DNA from: Bdellovibrionota bacterium
Lineage (GTDB): Bacteria; Bdellovibrionota; UBA1018; CAIPTA01; JAALKR01
Assembly: GCA_965207455.1 (NCBI GenBank)
Contig: CBDBMJ010000001.1
Span: 640,001-704,000, forward strand
Length of the DNA stretch: 64,000 bases
Direction: 5' to 3'
The notes under the pieces were generated by a model. The model was not told where the DNA came from. It saw nothing but the letters and a program-made list of their open reading frames with translations, and did no database searches. Shown here in pieces: positions 60,312 to 64,000 of this stretch (positions within the stretch are counted from its first letter, which is position 1; the number at the start of each line of letters is the position of its first letter). The translations under genes were made by a program, and so were the position numbers.

Positions 60312-62761
60312 TGAAAATTTCTCTCCACTGGTTACAAAAGTATATCAATCTCTCTAAAATTTCTCCGGAAGAAATTGCCCAAAAACTTACTTTTTCTGGG
60401 CTGGAAGTGGAAGGGATAGAATTTCAAAATAAGGGTTTAGAGGGGGTTCGTGTGGGAGAAATCAAAGAAATCTCACCCCATCCTAATGCGGATCGTTTGC
60501 AACTTACTAAGGTGGATGTGGGCTCTGGAGAATTATTGGATATCGTTTGTGGCGCAAAAAATATTCAATGTGGACAGAAAATACCTGTAGCAACAATCGG
60601 ATCCATACTGCCCAATGGATTAAAAATTAAAGCATCCTCTATTCGAGGGTCCTCTTCCCATGGAATGCTTTGCAGTCCTGAAGAATTGAAACTCAACGTG
60701 GAAGAGATAGATGGAATTTATATTTTAGATCCAAAGGCTCCCGTGGGAAAAAGTTTTTCAGATTATATGGGACTAAATGATATTATTTTCGATATTAGCG
60801 TTACTCCCAATCGTGGAGATGCTTTGTCCCATTTGGGTATCGCTAGAGAACTAAGCATTTTATTTCAAATTCCTTATTCTCTTAAAGAGCCTAAAGCACA
60901 AAAAAGAAAAACATCGATGCCTTTGTCCATCGACAATCAAATTGGAGATGATTGTCCCGCTTATTTTGCTTGTTATGTGAAAAACATAAAAATAAATCCC
61001 TCTCCACCATGGCTACAGAATCATCTAAAGGCTGTTGGACTGCGATCCATCAATGCGGTGGTGGATATTAGTTCTTTTGTAATGATGGAGCTGGGTCAGC
61101 CCATACATATATTTGATGGAGATACGATGACAGATAATGGTGGTATTCGCATCACTATAAGAGATGCCAAGAAGGGCGAGAACTTTTCTACTATTTCCCA
61201 TAAATCCCTGCGACTGAGTGAAAAAGATATAGTCATTGCTGGTGGAGAAAAAGGAGATATATCCGCAGCCTTAGGTGGAGTTATGGGTAGCTCCAATACG
61301 GAAGTAGGAGAGCATACACAAAATATACTGATAGAGAGTGCAGAATTTTGTAGCAAACGGGTTCGTGGCACCAGTCAAAGGCATAGCTTGCCAACAGACG
61401 CAGCCTATCGTTTTGAGCGCAATATCGACTCTCAAAAAATTTCATGGGCAATTCAAAGAGCGATTGACTTAATAGAAGAATTGACCGGTGGTCAAGCACA
61501 GGCCATTGTGAGTTCTCAGAATGCAAAAAAGCACCTTGGACGATCCCCAGTTACAGTGACCTATAGTCAAGAACAATTAGAAAGAACTTTGGGTACATCA
61601 CCTGAAAAGAAAGAGATAAAAAAAATCCTTTCTTCTTTAGAAATGGACGTGAAGAGTGGAAGGAATGGAAAATGGGAAGTAGCCATTCCTAGTTGGCGAC
61701 ACGACATAAGAATTGCGGAAAATATTACGGAAGAGATTGTGCGTATCTGGGGATTTGAGAACTTAGACAGTAAGCTCCCATTAGTTCCTGCAAAAGTGAA
61801 AAAAAATATTATTTACCAAGATCAACATATTTACAAATTTCGTGAGTTATTATGCGGTCTAGGTTTTTTTGAAGCTCTCAATGTGGTTTTTTCCAATAAA
61901 AATATAGAAAGGAAGTTTTCTCATCATGGCTCAGAGCCCATAGAGGTTAATAGCCCCCTAGGTGAAGAGCAAAATGTTCTCAAACAGAGTCTTTTACCGG
62001 GCTTATTGTCCAATGTAAATCATAATCTATCCAATAGGCGCAGTGATGTCCGTTTGTTTGAGATACGACCTATCTTTACAAGAATAGAAAAAAATAGCTC
62101 CATGGATCAAAAATTGGCAACAGGGGTGCAGGAATACTTACGCTTAGGTTTAGTGGCCACAGGTCAGAATCTAGATATGGACTGGTCGAGTGCTAAAAGA
62201 CCTTTTGATTTTTATAGCATGAAGGGAGTAGTGGAGTCTCTTTTTGACTTGGCAAGTAATGGAGTAGTAACCTACGAATCTGGAAACTTACCTCAATTCT
62301 TACACCCTGGTCAGGGAGCCGCTGTGGTTGTTAGAGGGAAAAAACTGGGGTATTTGGGGCAAATCCACCCACAAATACATACGGGGATAGATACGCCCGT
62401 ATACGTAGCAGAATTGGATATGGAGGGCTTAGTTTCCAATACTCTTCCCCGGTATCGCTATCGTAAATTTGGAAAATACCCTCAGGTGGAGCGTGATTTC
62501 TCAGTCACAGTGAAGGATAGTTTTCACTCTGCTATGATTCAGCAAATTGTGATGAAGGTGGGAGCACCATTAGTGCAAAATTTGACTTTCTTTGACGTTT
62601 ATCGAGGAGACAGGATTCCCAAAGGTTCGGTGAGTTACGCTTTCCGTGTAATACTAGCCTCTCCAGACCATACTCTCACTGAAATGGAGATAGCGCCCGT
62701 GCAGGAGAAGGTTATGATGGCTCTGAGCAAAGACTTAGGAGCAAAATTTGCTGGAAAATAG
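60311..62761 (+). CDS. pheT: Phenylalanine--tRNA ligase beta subunit
   Basis: HPNADRL, IVCGA, TPNRGD, RFER and C-terminal FDVYRG motifs. Confidence 0.96.
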   Translation: MKISLHWLQKYINLSKISPEEIAQKLTFSGLEVEGIEFQNKGLEGVRVGEIKEISPHPNADRLQLTKVDVGSGELLDIVCGAKNIQCGQKIPVATIGSILPNGLKIKASSIRGSSSHGMLCSPEELKLNVEEIDGIYILDPKAPVGKSFSDYMGLNDIIFDISVTPNRGDALSHLGIARELSILFQIPYSLKEPKAQKRKTSMPLSIDNQIGDDCPAYFACYVKNIKINPSPPWLQNHLKAVGLRSINAVVDISSFVMMELGQPIHIFDGDTMTDNGGIRITIRDAKKGENFSTISHKSLRLSEKDIVIAGGEKGDISAALGGVMGSSNTEVGEHTQNILIESAEFCSKRVRGTSQRHSLPTDAAYRFERNIDSQKISWAIQRAIDLIEELTGGQAQAIVSSQNAKKHLGRSPVTVTYSQEQLERTLGTSPEKKEIKKILSSLEMDVKSGRNGKWEVAIPSWRHDIRIAENITEEIVRIWGFENLDSKLPLVPAKVKKNIIYQDQHIYKFRELLCGLGFFEALNVVFSNKNIERKFSHHGSEPIEVNSPLGEEQNVLKQSLLPGLLSNVNHNLSNRRSDVRLFEIRPIFTRIEKNSSMDQKLATGVQEYLRLGLVATGQNLDMDWSSAKRPFDFYSMKGVVESLFDLASNGVVTYESGNLPQFLHPGQGAAVVVRGKKLGYLGQIHPQIHTGIDTPVYVAELDMEGLVSNTLPRYRYRKFGKYPQVERDFSVTVKDSFHSAMIQQIVMKVGAPLVQNLTFFDVYRGDRIPKGSVSYAFRVILASPDHTLTEMEIAPVQEKVMMALSKDLGAKFAGK

Positions 62762-62808
62762 GACTTTTCTAGTTGATTTTTTGTTTTCAGGGCTTATTAT
62801 TAAAGAAT

Positions 62809-63114
62809 ATGGGAGATGATAAAAAAAGTGGAATCACAAAAGCTGATTTCGTAGAGGCTGTGTATCAACGAGTGGGTATTTCTAAAAAGGATTCCGCGAG
62901 TTTAGTAGATTTAATTTTTGAGTCCATCAAGGAGACTTTATCTTCAGGAAAGAAAATAAAGATTTCTGGTTTTGGGAATTTTATTATTAGAGATAAGAAA
63001 TCTAGGGTTGGCAGGAATCCTAGGACAGGTGAGGCCATGACAATCTCAAAACGCAGGGTTTTAACCTTTCGTCCTTCGCAGGTATTAAAGAATAATCTGA
63101 ATGGCAAAAGCTGA
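62809..63114 (+). CDS. ihfA: Integration host factor alpha subunit
   Basis: TKAD, KISGFGNF, GRNPRTGE and TFRPS motifs; follows pheT. Confidence 0.93.
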   Translation: MGDDKKSGITKADFVEAVYQRVGISKKDSASLVDLIFESIKETLSSGKKIKISGFGNFIIRDKKSRVGRNPRTGEAMTISKRRVLTFRPSQVLKNNLNGKS

Positions 63115-63123
63115 GGTTATGAA

Positions 63124-63537
63124 TTGATAGAGTCTCCAAATATAGAGAATAAAGATCCAAATCCCTTGAAAAAAAGACCGCCTATTATTCCAAATCGCAT
63201 TTATTTTCGTATCGGTGATGTGGCAGATATCACTGAAATAAAGCCGTACGTTCTACGATTTTGGGAAAAAGAGTTCAATTGCCTTTGTCCCATAAAGAAT
63301 AAATCAGGTCAGCGTTTATATAGAAAAAAAGATATAGAATATGTGCTTCTCATTAAACGACTTTTATACAGAGATCGCTACTCCATTGAAGGAGCAAAAA
63401 AACGTATTCAAGAGTTGCGTAAGGATAAGTCCTTAGGACAGGTGAAGCAAGTGAGAGGTGAGTGGAATGAGACCAACCAGATGGCTTTTGAAAGAGTGAA
63501 GCAAGGTCTTAAAGAATTAGTTGATATGACGAAATAA
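63124..63537 (+). CDS. MerR-family transcriptional regulator
   Basis: YFRIGDVA...PYVLRFWEKEF...QRLY and YSIEGA motifs; usual position after ihfA. Confidence 0.9.
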   Translation: MIESPNIENKDPNPLKKRPPIIPNRIYFRIGDVADITEIKPYVLRFWEKEFNCLCPIKNKSGQRLYRKKDIEYVLLIKRLLYRDRYSIEGAKKRIQELRKDKSLGQVKQVRGEWNETNQMAFERVKQGLKELVDMTK

Positions 63538-63541
63538 GCCC

Positions 63542-64000
63542 TTAACCATCCTTATTGGGTTTAATTTGAGGATTCTTTAAACTTCCTTTTAGCTTTATAC
63601 TGTATTTCCCATTTTTATTTCTATAGAAAGGAATAAATCCCTTTATTAGTGGGTTTTCTATAATACGAAGGAGCTTTTTCTTAGGGTTTTTCAGGTCTAA
63701 AACTAGGTTTATTTTACTATCTTTCATGCGATCTTTTAAGTTTATATCTCCATTAATTTCCAGCTCTATATCGCTTCCTTTTTGACCTAAAAGAAGTTTT
63801 AATATTTTTAGGTTTCCATTATCTATATTCACTTTTATGCTTGCAGGTCCAATATTTATTTTATCCAGGCCTTTTAGATAGTTTGCTATGGGAAATGGGC
63901 TTAAATCTATGCTTAAAAAATCACCTGTGATATTAAAATCCCCGTTAGACTTGCTTGCTTTAGATTCAGGCAAAGATATATTTATGTTTAGATTTTTTAC
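63542..64000 (-). CDS. C-terminal part of a possible type II secretion GspN-like protein (5' end probably outside the window)
   Basis: Beta-rich sequence ending YSIKLKGSLKNP; family assignment is from recall only. Confidence 0.45.
   Translation of the reverse strand, partial: VKNLNINISLPESKASKSNGDFNITGDFLSIDLSPFPIANYLKGLDKINIGPASIKVNIDNGNLKILKLLLGQKGSDIELEINGDINLKDRMKDSKINLVLDLKNPKKKLLRIIENPLIKGFIPFYRNKNGKYSIKLKGSLKNPQIKPNKDG

Overview
This is a 64 kb chromosomal window from an AT-rich Gram-negative bacterium. Gene content and order (mrdA-rodA, ntrY/ntrX, tgt-yajC-secD-secF, Flp pilin, infC-rpmI-rplT-pheS-pheT-ihfA-merR, a GspN-like fragment) suggest Bdellovibrionota or a deltaproteobacterial relative; this is inference. 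Housekeeping blocks surround two accessory regions. Region 1 (about 16.3-22.85 kb, between recJ and secF) holds small secreted Cys-rich protein genes, bracketed by a duplicated gene plus promoter. It also holds an IS66 with an IS5/IS903-group element nested inside it (both with IRs and target duplications visible) and a scar of two fused IS ends. Region 2 (about 30.6-48.1 kb, between htpG and namZ) holds orphan secreted proteins, a defective IS3-family element with a structured 3' tail, two unrelated genes sharing a paralogous promoter/leader, and a 1099-aa protein with an internal duplication. It ends in a 2-aminoethylphosphonate pathway (PepM-NTase fusion, Ppd, AEP transaminase) clustered with a cytidylyltransferase, a CDP-alcohol phosphotransferase, a LysE exporter and a MipA-like protein, most likely for phosphonolipid synthesis. 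Also seen: a sigma54-driven Flp/Tad pilin operon with an uncalled 56-aa pilin-like ORF, a probable CTG start for infC, and several apparently leaderless genes. No rRNA, tRNA or CRISPR array was found. All protein calls come from motifs recognised by eye, not from database searches.
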